This document shows positions 61,480 through 64,000 of a stretch of 64,000 bases of DNA, piece after piece (the first letter of the stretch is position 1; the number at the start of each line of letters is the position of its first letter). The stretch covers positions 14,414,304-14,478,303 of the forward strand of contig CM082578.2 of NCBI GenBank assembly GCA_040954595.2, written 5' to 3'. Made by a program: the position numbers and the translations under genes. This DNA is from Balanoglossus misakiensis. Its lineage: Eukaryota; Animalia; Hemichordata. The notes beneath the pieces were generated by a model, which had not been told where the DNA came from, did not search any database, and saw nothing but the letters and a program-made list of their open reading frames with translations.

Positions 61480-63849
61480 TATTACACATATTATATAAAA
61501 ACAACTGTACCGTTCCTTTTGAAGCCCTTTTCTTTTTTCATAACCATTTTGAATGACCCAAAGATTGAGACAGGCTTTTTCATACATCACTCATGGTATG
61601 TCTTGTAGATTTTTCACTGCATTGAAACCCTATAGAAACAGTGCATTATTTTGGACTCGATTTCAATACTCTAAGTGTACACGAACAGTCACTTGTGGAT
61701 ATGGCTAATGATTAAAATTTGTGTTGGGACCACACCAATTTATTGCTTCAAACTGGGGTCTTATCCTTTGAAACACCTAAATATAGCAATAAGTAAGACT
61801 AAAGGAATGTTCGTCAAATGGAAATTTGGTGACTTAATCGGAAAAGACCAAGAGTGCGAAATTGGCCAGAAGACTGCATAACGATGCATCTGCCACACTC
61901 GCTTGCTTTGCACATGGTCAATAGCCGGCTGACTGGCCCCGGCATGACTACCCAGTAAACACGCGACAGATAATCGACATTTTAAAACAACTGATGTTAA
62001 TATTCCAATCGCGAGACACATTAAAATCTGAGGCAAATGGGTTTCGTGGATTTTATGGATTAGTGTAATCACTGCAGACTTCCTAAGTACCTGCTGAATG
62101 AGGCTCAGATTAGCCTAATAGTTGTAGATTAGCCGGTAGGCGTCACGTGCACAGGCGACCATGGTGGTCTGAGAGAATCATGGGCCTTAGATACGTAAAT
62201 CCTGGAGAAATGTGTGATTGATTGGAGACGCATACAAATCTCAACTTTGTAAGGGATGAAACAAAATTTCCTGCACGTACGGGGTAACATCAAAACATGT
62301 AGTTGAACATCAACATTTCACACCAAAGGCACTTATCGGTGGGTATACAATACACTGTTCGCTGGCGGAACTGTCACTTTTGGCATCAAATGCGGGATCA
62401 AAGGTTTTAGACAAATATTTTATAGATGTCTGTTTTCTTGGTGACATAAAGTACACGTTCTAAACGTGGATTTACAGTGTGTGAAATGTGCACATACACA
62501 TCTACTCAATTTTAGGATGACCGATATCCCATATAACTTTCCTACAAAGCTTGTTTGGTCAAAACCAGGGTCAACCGCAAAGATATTGATACCTTTATTG
62601 GAACCCAAGAGTCGGTTGAATCATGAGAAAGAAAGAAACAAATGCGCCTTAAAAGTGAATTTAAGATCTTCTCGAAAACAAAAAATCTTATTTTCAATGT
62701 TTGATTTCGATATCCCGAGGAAATGTAAGACGTTTCCTTCAGGTGAAATGAATGATTTATATGATTCGGTTGCTTTTATCAGCAATGTTATTCCGTTCAC
62801 TTGCCCATCGAATGAGAGCGCCGCAAGCAATATTTTTTTGTCTGCTAATCCACGGAGCTGATATGGAAAAGAGTCTGCGCATCATGATGGAAACTTGTCT
62901 TTTTGAGAGCAACATCTTACAAACATTTGTCTGGTCCAAAATAAAGCCTCAAACTGATCGATATCTGTACTGAATATGACAAATCAGAAGACGCGATTAC
63001 CTCTAAAATTTAGCACAAGAAAGGTTCATGCACAACCATAGTAATTGTACCTTATATTACACTGCGTAGAAACACTGTTTAATGTTCACCGTGTGTTTGT
63101 ATCGATGTCTTTTCGTCACTGAAATCCCATCCCCTTGTGAGTAATGTACCAGCATAAACATTTCATCGGTGGATTTGCCGAAAACTGGGTCATCGAAGCT
63201 GATCAGCCAAGGAATCACGTCCCGCTAATAAATCTTTCAGGTACCTTGCTCATATTTTGATCAACTGATGGATTGGCTGAGCATTTCCCGTAGTTTGGGG
63301 CATGTATACGAAACTGCATGAATTTTTTATACCTCCAGCAACCAAATGGGTTATTCAATAATAAAAAAATCTCTGCAGTAAATCTATTATGTTAAATTGC
63401 AAGCAGACAGTGCAACTGCGAATATCTGTGCAAGTTAACACTAGACATGGTCAGAAAGAACTATAGGTACATCTCAAATTAATTAAGCATTTTCTGGCAA
63501 CTTGTCGCCTTTTAGTGAGTCGTGGATTCTCCAGTACTATAGTGCTGGCGTGTGTTCGGTTTTGGCCTTGTCCCCACGGACCGAGTACGGGGGGGACATA
63601 TGGGTTTCCTCTCGCCCGTTGGTGTATACGTCCCCCATCGTGTCCACAAGGTTCGAAAATCCAAACACTTTGACTTGGAAGCGGGTACGATTAGACAGTA
63701 CATTGAGTTTGAATGACTGGGTTCAGGTCTTAATCATTTGCATATTGATAACAACCACCTGGTATTTACTATTTGGGTGAAGTTGATTGACCTAGCAGTG
63801 CAGTGAACTTACAAGCAAGTGCAGTATAGAAATTTAAATACTCGGGTCA

Positions 63850-64000
63850 AGCAGACCAATCAGTTTGGCGGTTGTGACTATGTTGCCAGGTGGACCAACA
63901 GCTCGCTCTGGCTAGCTTTGTCCGTTTTTTGCCAGTGGCTTGCGGTTCACAACTATCTGGGAGAGCGTACACGACAGAACCCCGCCCGTTTCTGCGTCAT
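63850..64000. promoter_or_regulatory. Promoter-like motif cluster at window end
   Basis: CCAATCA (63856), CCCCGCCC (63980), TGCGTCA (63993) in CpG-richer DNA; no associated gene visible. Confidence 0.3.

Noticed and set aside
63540-63780. CpG-rich segment with a 92-aa ORF
   Set aside because: No ATG start or known motif; more likely a repeat fragment, though I cannot confirm that from this window.

Overview
AT-rich, intron-rich animal genomic DNA, probably a marine invertebrate deuterostome (inferred from gene structure, not proven). Three genes were assembled by hand from splice sites, and much of their coding sequence is missing from the ORF track. (1) The last two coding exons of a Shal/Kv4 (KCND) potassium channel (+, 14118-15046). 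(2) A complete 5-coding-exon FHIT gene (-, 26217-38390, 162 aa) with a U12-type minor-spliceosome intron and an 11-kb last intron. (3) A complete 26-coding-exon receptor tyrosine phosphatase of the R5 / PTP99A / PTPRG-PTPRZ1 group (+, 40216-58704, about 1282 aa). Its domains are signal peptide, Ig, 3 FN3, TM, an active D1 and a Cys-to-Asp D2. FHIT and the PTP are head-to-head, as human FHIT and PTPRG are at 3p14.2, and the Kv4 neighbour echoes KCND2 and PTPRZ1 at 7q31, so the window looks like an ancestral pre-duplication linkage block. Non-coding DNA holds several MITE families (piggyBac-like, Kolobok-like, Tc1/mariner-like), perfect tandem duplications, RFX X-box-like motifs and a strong local excess of TACATGTA. 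I found no evidence for a wholly new biological system. The main highlights are the conserved microsynteny, the R5 PTP ectodomain without a carbonic-anhydrase domain, the minor intron and a hidden mucin-like cassette exon.
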